The position numbers and the translations under genes are program-made. DNA of 64,000 bases, taken from NCBI RefSeq assembly GCF_009914755.1, contig NC_060933.1. The stretch is one strand, 5' to 3'. Shown here piece by piece: positions 15,349 to 29,127 of this stretch. The notes under the pieces were generated by a model, which did no database searches, was not told the origin of the DNA, and worked only from the letters and a program-made list of their open reading frames with translations. The number at the start of each line of letters is the position of its first letter. Position 1 is the stretch's first letter. This DNA is from the human T2T-CHM13v2.0 reference genome, Homo sapiens.

Positions 15349-16207
15349 ATTCAGAAAAAAAGGAAAAACATTGACGTTGGTTGAGCTGGTTCTGAATTTG
15401 GATAGGAGCTAAAAAGAAACCCAGACAAATAAAACATGTTACTGCAGTAGGACTGTTGGGCGGGGGTGGGTGGATGGGTGGGGTTTGGGGGTATTTTGTC
15501 CTTGTTTTAGATTTCTTTATTGCTGCAGCAATATTTTGTTTCAACAATACATCATAATTTAAGATGGGAAAAATGAACAAATCTGTTCTATGTGCTATTC
15601 CCTGAGGCAATGCCTGCTCCAGTGACTGACTGATAAACTAATGTGTGCTGTAGTATTAATAGCTTATAACGGATTAATATGTTACGCACTACCCCCAAGG
15701 TAATATATTCGCATTTTAAACAGGCACCTTATGCTGGAGGTAGGTACAGATTGGTGTTAGGAAGCTTTTGATTCAAGGGAACCTTCAGGCACTGCTGCAG
15801 TCACCCAGTCTTGGTATTTGAGTATTGCACAAAAGAGAGCTGAATTCTGAAGGCCCCCAGGCTGCCACAGTCATTCTTTATCTGATCAATGAGGCTAGCA
15901 GAGCCAGGGAAGCAGCAGCATCCTTCTACATGCAAAAACAGAACCACTACACAGACCCACTGGATTTACCACTGCAGAAATCATATCCACCCTTCAACCC
16001 AACTGTCTCCCTCTCCCTCATCCCTGCTGAAAACAGAAAAGCCACTTTTAAAGAGCAAGACAAACCAAATTGGTCTGCCTTTAAAATAGATATAACCCAT
16101 TTATTTGTGCCTACAAAGTTATGTCACAGATATTTTAAAGATCAAATTATACTAGCTCAAGTCCTCATTGAATGAATTGTTGGGAATCAGCCTCCATAAA
16201 AACATCC

Positions 16208-16318
16208 TGATTTTATTCCACAAATATTTATTGAGCATCCACCAAATGCCAGACACAGGAGACTGAGTAGCGAACAAAACGCAAGTTCTTGCCCACATGG
16301 AATTTACATTCTGATAGA
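16208..16318 (-). mobile_element. L2 3' end
   Basis: attccacaaatatttattgagcatc...tgccagacac...gaatttacattct. Confidence 0.7.
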
Positions 16319-19300
16319 AGTTATTTCTGAGAGTTTGTAAAGGTAGACTTATCTGTGCCTGTAATGTGTCAGCTGCAGTGACCTCCACCCAGCAAACATG
16401 TTGTTTGGCTCCTCCAGCTCAGGATCCCCTTTCCCCTCAACTGTCACCCACTAAGTCAGTTGGCTCAGAGGACCCACAATGTGGCCATTGTCTCCCCTGA
16501 AATCTCCAATGGTCTTGTTAAGGCCGTTAAGATTTCCAGTATTCAAGGGATCAGACTTGTTGAGTTCCAAGAAAACTGATGAAGGAGAAAGACCTACTCC
16601 TTAACTATAAATCCACTTTGTTACCAGTGTCCTGAAAGCATCTCTTCTTGTACCAAAAATCTCCTTTGAGTGAAGGAATCAGATTCTGGCCAGCCCTGTT
16701 GATCAAAATCTCATGAAGACAGGCTCGTGACTTTCAGTCCTTCATCCCTTTAACAACAGATCTCAAACACAGGCCTGGGAGCCAGATGGGAACTTGCTGG
16801 TGTCCTTACTATTCTCTGCTCAGTGCTTGCCTGTGGCCCAAACTCCTCCATTCCCCAGTTACACAGCAAACATTTCCCATACACCTTAGTAAGAAATGAT
16901 ACACACTCTGATGGTATCTTGATCGCATTTCAGTCATCCCCAAATGCCCTGTTACATCCTTAAGAAAAAGTCAAAATCATGGAGGACTAGAGATGCCAAA
17001 ATTAAGGTCAATGTGACTAGGAGATCATCAACTCTGGGCATGAAGGCAAAAGCTAAGCCTAAGGCTAGGTGTGAACTCAACAGCTGCCTCTTTATTCCTC
17101 TTCAGTGTCTTTTCTTCATTGCCCGCAAAGGTGCTTCCCAGTCTATTTTCTGTTGGGTAGAGTACAACATAGCAGAAAGAGGAACTTGGGTCTTCTGATA
17201 TCAAGAGACGTGAAATACCTTAGAGTAGAGTCACCTCCCTTGAGTGCACTATGGTTTCTAATGTCTCAGTCAAATGGTATATTTGGAACTTACATATTTT
17301 TCATGCAGAAGGAACTGGAAAGTTAATTAGTCCTCTGATTTTTCATATTGTTTTCTGGGAATCAGTTCAACATAAGGCAAGGAGACAGTGAACTGCTGAG
17401 GGGTTAAGGGACCACACAGCAGGTAAATCCATATCTCTGAAACCTGATTGAATGCCACCGAAGGAAACTTACAGTGTGATTCTTATTTCTCAGCCCACAT
17501 CAGCCTGAGAGTAAAAGAGTAAAACTGTGTATAATAATAGTCTTGAAATAAAAATGGCACTTCTCTGGATCTTTCTACAACAACAACTACAACTTCAACC
17601 CCAGTTCAAGACTCCCTTCCCTTTAAGTTCTTCTTGGTAGAGCTGGTATCACTGGGCATGCAGCGTGGTATATATTGTCTATCATTTTCTCGTTTCCTGT
17701 TCTGTGTCCAGACTTCTAAAGTAGTGACAGCTGGTGAGACATTGGGTCCTGATGCCATGCTGAGGCTGTCAATGCAAGTGAGACTTCTGCAAGGTTTCTG
17801 TCAAACAAATAGAATATCTAGCACAGTCATATAAGTACTGCCTTTTTATTTTCAATGTTTTAGAGAATATAGTGTTTCTGACTCTTTCATTTTTTGCTCT
17901 ATCCCCAGAACTCATGTTTTGGCCTATCAGGCTGGTACAGAAAGTCTCTGGGACACTGCTTTGGGCTTACAATCTTCTCCCTTCTTCACTCAAGCTCCAT
18001 CACTGGCCCGTAACTCCTGGGTCCAACCTGGGTATGATTGCAACTCCTTATTTTGAGGATAAAGCCTGATGAGGGAGACTCCTAAGTCTTTCATGTAAAC
18101 TGATCTCTTGACACCAGCCCTACCAATCTTTAAGAACAACTGAGTCTATTTTGTGCCTAGATTTCTGCAGTAATAGTGTTGAAGTAACTACACTAGTGCT
18201 TAATAAGTGCAACTCTGACTTCACACTCTCTTGGCTTAATCCCTATGTCCTCCTTTCTCACCTCCACACTCCAAACAAATTCTGTTAGAAGGGATGTCTC
18301 ATGGATTTAAGTCCCGAAGTAACCACATCTAATTACATCTTAACTTGAAGAATGGCCTGTTAAATCCATTGGTTTGAAGAAACAGATTAACTATAGTATA
18401 TTGAGGGCAAAGGACAAAGGGTGGAGTTGTTTTTTCTTTGTCTAAAACATAGAAATGCTAATAATTTCTTGGGGAGATAAATATTTATTAGTTTAAGCAG
18501 GTTGGGAGAAACCCAGGATTTCAAATTTAACATTTTTACATGCCACTTTTTATGGTGGGCCCTCTTGACTAATTAAAATAATATTTAACATATGTTTCAA
18601 AAAATTTGTTCATTTTCCCTCTAAATATTTTCTCCCAACTGCTGTGAATAGATATATAATCTTGGTAGTTCCAGTGAGCCAAATAAACATTTGTACTTCT
18701 GAAATTTAGAGGTAAACTTCAATTATTCCAAAGAAAATAGTTCCAATGAGCATAATTTCCTAGGGATTTTACTTTAGGAATATACTCAACCTTCACTGCT
18801 TGATCATCCTTTCAACATCTTTCTCTGCTACACTCAGGTTACTCCTCTATGCTGGCATCATTCTTTTTTATTTATATTATTTATTTCTATGTAGTCTAAA
18901 TAAATGTGGAATGTGCACATTTTAAAGAATTCTCATTTATATAAAAGTAGGAACAAAGACAGATAGTCTACTATGGCAAAAATATTCCATGCTATTTTTT
19001 TTCAAATCATTCTTTAGTTTAAACAAGACATTTTTTAGGTAGACTGCCTTGTAACTATGACATTTATGAATGCTGGAATTTTCCTGTGTGATTTACCTTC
19101 CCCATTACTCTGTAATTGGTGGAGAATATTAAAAGAAATTCTTTTAGAAAAAAAAAGAAAAGAAACCAACAACAATAGCCAATTATTCTGCTATTTGAAA
19201 CCAAGAGGCAACCTGAAGTCTTCAGAAGCAAAATCATATTCTTTTAAATAATATTATAAAATGTTTCTGCTTTCATCTGCAAAAGGTATACATCTACAAG

Positions 19301-22300
19301 TTTTCATTTCACATGACCCTGTTCATTTCTGCTTTGCATTTAAACCTTTGTTCATAGCTGTGGGAAATCAAGTCAAAATCAAAGCTTCTCAGGAGGGAAA
19401 AGGAACGATGAATGTATAATATGTGCAGGGAAGTCATACCAAAGAACTTGGCAGTTCTCCTAATCAGCCATACTCTCTTCTACCTCCCTGTCCTGCTGCA
19501 GTGCTGCTTCCTCCCATGAAATGTTCTTGCTGTCATTTCCTGGATAGGTTCTGTTTCTTTTTCAGGACTCATGAGTGGTATTGGTTCACTGGGCAGCCTT
19601 CCCTGGCTGTCCCAGTCTGGTTATTTGTCCTCCTCTATGCTTCTGCTTGTGCTGTGCCTCCTCCATCACAGCAGGTCTCTCTGTGTTGTGGCTGCGTCTG
19701 CTCCTCTGTCTTCTCTGTGGGAGAAGTAACCTCTGATGGCCCGGCCGCTTTTCATCTCTGAGATGCCAGGCCTGTTCCGGTGCTCATCATGCATGATTTG
19801 AGTAAATTAAATGAAAGTGGTTGAGTGCCTCCTGGCTCTTGAAAGGGAGAAAGGGACACTCTGTGGAGTCAAGACTGAATATCTGAGTCCTGAAACATTT
19901 TTCTGTGATGGGAAAATGGTTTTCTTTCTCTTTAGCCATTATTTAGAATCTTTCCATTGTGTTTAAAATATGGATACTAGGAGAGAGAGGTCTCCTGATT
20001 TCCTTTTTCTCAGGTTAAGACTCAGGCATCGGGGAAGTGTTTTAGATAGCTGAGAGTAACATAGGGTGAAGGGCACAATGGTGTTAGATGGGGGACTGGT
20101 GGGGTGCAGGTATGGGCTGCAAGGCCTCCGATGTTCTTGTGTGGTACTGATGCTAGGTTGAGGGGCAGTGGGCCTGGCATGGGGCTTGAATGACAGGGGA
20201 GTGGAGGAACACTGCAGTAAATGCTGCCATGGTTTGCAGACTGGCTGGGTAGATGAAAGTGACATAGGCTAAGCCATTCAGTGATTGGTAACCAGGCCCT
20301 GACCAAGTTCAGAGAATCTAGGTCAAGAGTTATACCAACAGCTGCAAACACTAGAAGTTAAGTCCATGTCAGGTGTGAGCCAGTACAAACCCAAGGACAA
20401 GCAAGAGGTCAAGGGTCCCCTTTGCCACTCTCCCCAACCCTGGCAGCCTTGTCATATTGTAGCTTTTCCCTAAATACCTGATACTATCTTGGGAAGAGTA
20501 ACTGGGAAATAAAAGCTAGCAAGAGATTAGACACACTTTATTTAGAAAATACTGAAAGTTACCCAAAGAGACTATTCATATTGTTAGCCATTTTAAAGTT
20601 TAAAATGAATAGGAATAAAAGTCATAATTACCATTGTTATTTTCACTACGGTTGGGGCCTTAGATAAACAATGAATTAGTTAAAAATTTCATATTTCTAT
20701 GTATTCAAGTTGAAATATGAGTTATAATTGCAAATGTATTACACATTTATCCCTAATTTAATTCGAAGTTGGTACAACACAGGACCATCCAAAACCTAAC
20801 AGGTGCCTGTCCTGTCCCACAAATTTATTTTTTGCTTTTGATATTTTATCTAGTGTAATATCGATTGTACATGTAACAAGCCATCTATAGATGCATTATT
20901 TTATTAATGTTTTATTAATCTGCTTGCAAATCCCTCTAAATTTTGTACATTTACCAACAGCTCCCTTTAACACATGAATGTCAGAGAAGTATAATAGCAT
21001 CTTTAAGGACCACAATACTCCCACTTATACCAAAAAAGTAAAAAGGAGAATTGTGTCAATTATCTCAATTATTTAGGAAAGCCATCATTTTGGTCAATTT
21101 ATACACAATTTCCTTTTAAACACATACACGTTTGCCTAAACAGGCAACAGCTGTCTTCCTACTACCTATGCCCCACTGAAAATTGCATGAACTTATGCCA
21201 GTGCAGTTTCTCCAGACAATGCATATTCCTATTATTTCACTGAAATTGTCAAAAAATGAAATGGTGAGTATATGAGGAAAGGGAGAATAAATGTGTTTTC
21301 AGTAGACCTTAAATATATTATCCTGCTGATCATTTTTGGCCTGATTGACAAAAGCAAAGTGAAATAGAAAATTGAAGCAATTATCTGAATCATTCCTGTT
21401 CCCTGTCTCAGGCACCACGTCTTCCCAAAAGAGGATGGTTAAAAGATCTTTATTTAGGATCCTTTAGGCCTCTTAGATTTCTCTAACCTTCTGTCAGAAC
21501 ACAGGCTTGGCTTCTCTAGCTAGATGAACTAGAGTGAAAAACAGTGTTTCATTTGAAATTTTGGCTGAGGAGTAAGGAGTCATGGTTTCATCATCTCACG
21601 TGACTCTGGAGTTGCACCCCAGGAATAAACTTTTGAGAGCTTTTGTCACGTTTAAAGGACTATTGCATTCTAAGATAGTCCAGAGCTGTGCATGTGCTGG
21701 CATTCTCTTTCTTCTTCCCGGCTTTAGTGAGGTGTAATTGACAAATAAAAATTGAATGTGCGGATATTCTTCAACTCTGGAAAACGTTGGGCTGTTAGTA
21801 ATGACTCCTGTCCTTCTGAATTGTCATCTTATATAATATTGTCTATTTACATAGTGCTTTGGAATTTATAAAATGCTCTGTTGTGTCATTCAGTCCCCAC
21901 CCTTAGAGCTCTCTATATGATTCAATCTCCTTTCCCACTAACTGCTCGGGATGGTCTTCTACATTTTAGAAGTGCTTTAAAATTAGAATATATTGTTTTA
22001 TTTTGTATCTTCATGCTTTTACATATTTTGTTTTCCCATCATATGTGTCCTGATCTTTCAAGCCTCATTTCCAGAATCACTTTTTCTGGAATATTTTTCT
22101 GACTTTGCCTTCCTCTCTTCCCACCCCAGAAAAATGTGACACATTTCTTCCTCTCCACTACTCTAGAATTTGGTAACTCCTATAGTATAAACCTATCACT
22201 TCGTATGCAAATGTGGTTCCTATCCTGCACCTCCATCCTAGATTTGGAATTCCCTCAGGGAAATGGTTTCATCGCATTTGTCTTTGCATGCCAAGAGCTA

Positions 22301-22364
22301 ACAACAATGTCTGGTGCATATTAGGTTGTGACATGAAGGATTTATTTTAAGTAATTATTACTGA

Positions 22365-22733
<369 letters not shown>

Positions 22734-23004
22734 AAAATAATAAACCTTAACATTCTTATTTTTACATTAAAAATTGAAGACTTTGGAATTTAAAAGATCT
22801 ACTCAAAGGTTTAATGCTGACAAAGGGAGGGGTGGGAACTTGTAGTTTAATAACCTCTCTCTAGGGAGAAGAATGGTTTTTCCACCTGGGGTGTCTGCCC
22901 ATTGGTGGAAGCCATACCTTTACTCGGTCCAGCTTTCTGAAATTAAAAGAGCCACATGCTTTCACTGATCTCTGTGAACTGGATGTTACAAATGGGAAAC
23001 AGCA

Positions 23005-23205
23005 CAGGTACAGGTTATGAGTATTGACTGGAGCTAAACTGCCTGTGCTCAAATCTCAGCTCTTACCTGCTGCCTGTTGCCTAACTTTTCTGTGCCTCAA
23101 ATGTAAAAGGAAGATAAAAGCATTCATTTCCTATGGTGTGAAGAGTGTTCAAGGAGTTTATGTAAGTCATTAGGATAGTGCCCAGCACATTAAGTGCTCT
23201 ATGTG
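23005..23205 (+). mobile_element. MIR SINE
   Basis: ctggagctaaactgcctgtgctcaaatctcagctct...atagtgcccagcacattaagtgctc. Confidence 0.75.
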
Positions 23206-24044
23206 TTTCCTATTCTTATATGTGTGTTGTTGCTACCAATGGGGAAATGAAGAATTCCTTAGTCAACCTGAAGCTTGGCAGATAAAATATTTCAAATCTA
23301 GGAGTGAAGTGATAAAAGTGTCCTTAGTGAGGAAAAGGTTGAGAATCATTGGATGTACTGTTTGTCCTTCTGGCTGAACTTTAAAGATCATCAAGTAAAG
23401 TCAAATACTCAGGCAGCACACAACCAGAAAATGTCTCCTTTCCGGGGAGGATACTGATGGAGAGGTACAAGCAGATTTTCTACTTGCTGAGAACAATTCG
23501 GCAAAGAAATAATATAAGCAGACGTCATTTTGAGCATATCCTCCCTTTACAATAGTCACTAGAAAGCTGTTAAACATGCCTGCAGATCAGAATTTACAGC
23601 AGAACCCACAGATAAGAATCATAGCGTTTTGGTTTGGAAGGGGCCTCCTATGGTTGCACAAGGAATCTTTAGAAAAATCTTACTTTGCAGAGCTATGTCT
23701 TATTTAAGTGATGTTATGCATGGTGAGGATTGCTTTGAAGTTCAATAGAAAGAAAGCATAAGGGTGATAAAATAAAATTCAAATAAACTGAAACAACATG
23801 CCAGTTTGGGGACTCAACAGAGTATTTTGGAGTCCCACTGGTAAAATAACATGTCCAGATTAGGCAATTAAGTCAGAGTCCTCATTAGAGAATGTGGAAA
23901 TACATAAAGAGAGTGCTAGAATTGAACAATACTAAATGGGGTGTTGCTAAATCCTGTTGTGTGTTTGTGGGATCCCTGAGTTAGAAAAAAAGTAAATATC
24001 CCCAGGATCAAGAAAGAAATTGAGACTGCCTATTGCTGATAGTT

Positions 24045-24245
24045 AAAAGGCAGCATGGAAGAGGAGACACATTTGACAAAAGTCAGAGATTCTGGTTCTT
24101 GTCTCATGATTTAAGAAGTTAGATAATCTCTGAACTCTATTTTTTAAATTGAGGGTTATAACACCTGCCTACTTTCTTTGCAGGCTTTTGGTGAGAATCA
24201 AATAAAACAATGGATATGAAAGCACTTTTGAAACTTTAAAGTGTC
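24045..24245 (+). mobile_element. MIR (MIRc/MIR3-like)
   Basis: ggcagcatggaagagga...agtcagagattctggttct...atatgaaagcacttttgaaac. Confidence 0.6.
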
Positions 24246-25182
24246 AAAAAAAATTCACGTTGTTCCTAAAGATAATTTTTAAAGCAAACTCCAAAAGCAA
24301 ATATTTCCCATATACAAAGTCTACATTTCTTATTTCAAGAGAGATTGAAAATGGGCTGCTTATTTGCATAAAAGGGATAAAGTAAGAAAAAGTAATGGAG
24401 CTAGGAACAAAATGGTTTGTGTTTAATAAGTGAGCAAAAACAATTGTGTTCTGTTTTTCTCTGAAATGTATCCTGGGAGGCTACATAATTGAAATTTTCT
24501 GACTCTCAAATGAGCGCAGAACATAAATTTTGACGAGGCCTTGCCTAGCATGAATTCTTGGGATTGTACCCTTCAGGCCTTGAGGGAAAATTAAATGGAG
24601 GGCTTCGGGTTCCATTAGGAAGCAATTTTCCTCTGGCTGAGTAAGTCAGGATAATCCTGCTGTGACAGTAGGAACCTTGCCAGCCACCCCAGTGGCACCA
24701 TGAAAAGATAACCCGAGCTTTTGGGCTTCTTTTTCGGATGCTGTACCCCTGACTAAATTAGGAATGGGGCCAGCGACCCCACAATATTTGCTAGACAGTA
24801 TTATGTTTCATCCTGACGCTTCTCATGAGGTCTGTGCGATGAACTGAATGTTAAGAATGGGGTGGAGTAAGAGATGGATTATATATTATTACAGACTTTG
24901 CTTTAGAAATAAGCTAATTCACGGTATTAACAATGTAGAGGCATAAATAATCAACTGTCCTTTCATAAACCTGGACACTTTTGGGAAAGATGGAGTGAGA
25001 GCATATCTGTAAACTCTCATACATTAAATAAAATTATCAAAACGAATGAATGATATGAAAGAAAACACACATAACACTGAAACTAGAGATTTCTCCAATG
25101 AAAAATATTTTAAGACTGTCAGGTACAATATACCTTAGAACATTCTCAAAGATGACCATAGGAAGCACAACACTTACCTTTT

Positions 25183-25580
25183 TTGGCAGATGCTGTTGGT
25201 GCCTGACCCAGATACCCTTCACTGAGCAGGTGCAATCTTCCCCCAGTTGGCTGCTAAGGACACCCAGACTTTATCTTCAACCAAATCCTCTCCCAGCCCC
25301 GGACCCCCACCAGGATAGCTAGGGACCATGACTGACCCAGGAGATAAAAGGCTGGCCCCCTGGCGTAAAGATGCAATCAATTCAGAGGTGCAGGTTTTGC
25401 TGCAGAGATTCCAAAGGGACCAGGACGGAAGTTACTCTCCAGCTGAGAGACAGTGTCTTGCTTAGCTTTCTTGCTTTCCTTTCTTCTGCCTTACTGACTT
25501 CTCTTGAGAACTCTCTCAACACTTTCAAGAAAATCCCCTCCTCAGTCTCTGCTTCTAGGGAACTAGATGTTTTAAAGATA
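25183..25580 (+). mobile_element. LTR16-family solo LTR (ERVL)
   Basis: ggcagatgctgttggtgcc...ataaaaggctggccccc...ctctgcttctagggaac. Confidence 0.75.
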
Positions 25581-25830
25581 AAACAATGATACATTGTTGT
25601 GGATTGCAGGTGAAAACAATTCTGAAAATTTTATCAATACCTTCCAATTGGGAGGGTCCAGGGATTGGAAGTATGGACAGGCTATGAGAAGGAGGGGGAA
25701 AATTCCTTTTGGATTTCCCTTCCATAACATAGATCTATTATATTCCAAACAACAGTGGTTCAGTCAGAACTACTTATTTTTCTCTGAGATGGTTTTCTAA
25801 TAGCAAAACTGATTTGGGAAGAAAACCTAG

Positions 25831-26383
25831 TGTAGCATATTTATCCATTGCTGAAAAACAAATTACCACAAATCTAACACCTTAAAACAGCACACATTCT
25901 GTGGGACAGGAATCCAAGCATGGTTCAGCTGGGTCTTCTGGTTCAGGGTCTCTTACAGACATCAATCAAGGTTTTTATCCGGGCCTGGGGTCCCATCTGA
26001 GGCTCAAATGGAGAAGGATCCATTTCCAAGCTCATGTGGTTGTTGGCAGTATTGAGTTCTGTGGGCTGTCAGATTGAGAGCTTCAGCTTCTTGCTGGCTG
26101 TTGGCTGGAAGCTGTCCTCAATCTCTTGCCACATGGACCTCTCCAGATGGCAGTGTACTTCATCAAAGACAGTGAGGGGGAGCATCAACAAAGGTGCTGG
26201 TAGCAAGAGAAAAGTCAGAATCGAATGCAACATAATCATGTGGGTGACATTTCTTCACTTTTGCTGTATTCTATTAGAAGCAAGTCACAGATCCTGCCCA
26301 CACTCAAGAGGAGGAGATTATACTGGAACAAAGCCACCAGGAGATAGGGGCCTTAGGGGGCCCTCTTGAAGCCTGCTGCCTCA
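25831..26383 (-). mobile_element. MLT1F-like MaLR LTR
   Basis: aattaccacaaa...caggaatccaagcatgg...ttagaagcaagtcac...cccacactcaagagg. Confidence 0.8.
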
Positions 26384-27317
26384 TCAAATAATTTAGAGCA
26401 AGAAGGTCTGGAAATGAGGGTGGATCATTTGAAGGATGGGAGACTATCTATTTAGAGCTATTTAACAACTGTAGGTCACTAGCAGTAAGAGGATTAAGGA
26501 GGACATGTGCAGTTTCGTCCCACAGAAATCTGATGGAGCTTTTTTTTCTCACACAAGTTTTTGTCTATATGGCCAGCTGAATTAGAGGTGGGAGAGAACT
26601 AAGGGCCCCGATGATGGGAAAATATTTTCTCCAAATGCAGTTGATTTCAACAAAAGTACAGAAAATGCCTTCAGGGAAAATGTGCTTTGGCTATAGCATT
26701 CTATAGTACCAACTAGCTCCCCACACTCTCGAAGCCACTGAATAATGGAGGTGATGGTATCAACCCACATCATCACCCTCAGCTTACATCTCAGAAACAC
26801 TATTCACAAAATGTCAGGAAATAATCAGGAAAGTTGAGAGTTAATAGAAAACCTCTGACAATCAATTAAAGATGAGTAAAATGGAGCCCATTATACTTAA
26901 AACCCACTGTCCTCACATCCTAGTAATAAATGAGATTAACACATTCTACAATAGTGTGAAAAACCTAGTTGAAAAGCATATATTTAAAGAATATTTATTC
27001 ATGGATACAAAATAAAATTTTATGTACTATTTCAGACCAATATTAAAGATAATGTAGTATCTGAAATGAACATGAATGCAATATTAAATAATGAGCCATA
27101 GAAATTTTTGTTAAGGAACTAAATAAATGAATCAAATAAAAGAAAAGTGCTATTAAAGAAATTAAAGTAGTAAAGAGAAAACTTATCATTGCTAAAAACT
27201 GAATCATTAAGATGTAGTTGAGAAAATTACCTAAAACCAAAAAAAGCTGTAAAATATTTATTTTTCATTTTATATATATATAATGAAATATCTATATATA
27301 TCTATATAGATATATAA

Positions 27318-28908
27318 TTTTCTTTTATTTTAAGTTCTGTGATACATGTGCAGGATGTGCAGTTTTGTTACATAGGTAAATGTGTGCCATGGTGGTTTGC
27401 TGCACCTATCAGCCCATCACCTAGGTATCAAGCCCAGCATCCATTAGCTATTTTTCCTGATGCTCTCCCCACCACCCCCGACTCCCACAGGCCCCAGTGT
27501 GTGTTGTTCCCCTCCCTGTGTCCACGTGTTTTCATTATTCAGCTCCCACTTATAAGTGAGAACATTTGGTGTTTGGTTTTCTCTTCCTGCATTAGTTTCC
27601 TGAGGATAATGGCTTCCAGCTCCATCAGTGTCCCTGCAAAGGACATGATCTTGTTCCTTTTATGGCTGTGTAGTATTTTCATGGTGTATATATACTGTGC
27701 TTTCTTTATTCTGTCTATTATTAGTAGAGATTTGGGTTGATTCCATGTCTTTGCTATTGTGAATAGTGGTGCAATGAACATATGCGTGCATGTATCTTTA
27801 TAATAGAATGATTTTTATTCCTTTGGGTATATACCTAGTAACAGGATTGCTGGGTCAAATGATATTTCTGTCTCTAGGTCTTTGAGGAATCACCACACTG
27901 TCTTCCACAATGGTTGAACTAATTTACATTCCCATCAAGAGTGTAAAAGCATTCCTATTTCTCCACAACCTTACCAGCATCTGTTGTTTCTTGACTTTTT
28001 CATAATGCCATTCTGACTGGTGTGAGATGGTGTCTTATTGTGGTTTTGATTTGCATTTTGCTAATGATCAGTGATGTTGAGCTTTTCTTCATATGTTTGT
28101 TGGCTGCATAATTGTCTTTTTTTGAGAAGTGTCTATTCATGTCCTTTGCTCACTTTTTAATGGGGTTATTTGTTTTTTTCTTATAAATTTGTTTAAATTC
28201 TTTGTAGATTCTGGATATTAGACATTTGTCAGATGAATAGCTTGCAAAACTTTTCTCTCATTCTGTAGGATGCAAGGTTGATTCAACATATGCAAATAAA
28301 TAAATGTGATTCATCACATAAACAGTACTAAAGACAAAAACCACATGATTATCTCAATAGACAGAGAAAAGGCCTGCGAAAAATTCAATGTTTCTTCATG
28401 TTAAAAACTTTCAATAAACTCAATATTAATGGAACACACCTCAAAATAATAAGAGCCAAGTATGACAAACCCACAGCCAACATCATACTGAATGGGTAAA
28501 AACTGGAAGCATTCCCCTTAAAAACCAGCACAAGATAAGGATGCCCCTCTCACCATTCCTATTCAACATAGTATTGGAAGTTCTGGCCAGGGCAATAGGG
28601 CAAGAGAAAGAAATAAATGGTGTTCATATAGGAAGAGAGGAAGTCAAACTGTCTCTGTTTGCAGATGACATGATCCTATGTCTGGAAGACCCCATAGTCT
28701 CAATGCAAAAGCTTCTTAAGCTGATAGACAACTTCAGGAAAGCTTTAGGATACAAAATCAATGTGCCCAAATCACTAACATTTCTATACACTAACAATAG
28801 ACAGAGCCAAATCATGAATGAACTCCCATTTACAATTGCTACAAAGAGAATAAAATACCTAGGAATACAGCTAACAAAGGAAGTGAAGGGCCTCTTCAAG
28901 GAGAACTA
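27318..28908 (-). mobile_element. 5'-inverted L1PA (about L1PA11-13)
   Basis: Antisense 3'UTR and ORF2 end 27318-28269 joined to a sense RT segment 28268-28908. ORF 28541 reads [18 protein letters not shown]...SLFADDMI (L1 RT). Confidence 0.92.
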
Positions 28909-29127
28909 TTTTTTAATTTTAATTTTTTATTTTTGTAGGTACATAGTAGGTGTATATATTTATGGGGTACATGAGATGCTTTAATACAGGCATGCCATAT
29001 GAAATAAGCACATCATGAAAAATGGGGTACCCATCCCCTCAAGCATTTATCCGTTGAGTTGCAAACAATCCAATTACACTCTTTTAGTTATTTTAAAATA
29101 TACAGTTATTATTGACTATAGTCACCA
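28909..29127 (-). mobile_element. L1MA1/2-like 3' end
   Basis: gtacatagtaggtgtatatatttatggggtacatgagat...cccctcaagcatttatcc...gactatagtcacc. Confidence 0.85.

Noticed and set aside
15724-15739. Possible 16-nt microexon (aaacag|...gag|gtaggt)
   Set aside because: Weak pyrimidine tract, not frame-preserving, no host gene evident.
14100-20430. Possible ancient repeats at ~14100-14420, ~16360-16865 and ~19960-20430
   Set aside because: Too degenerate to assign a family by eye.
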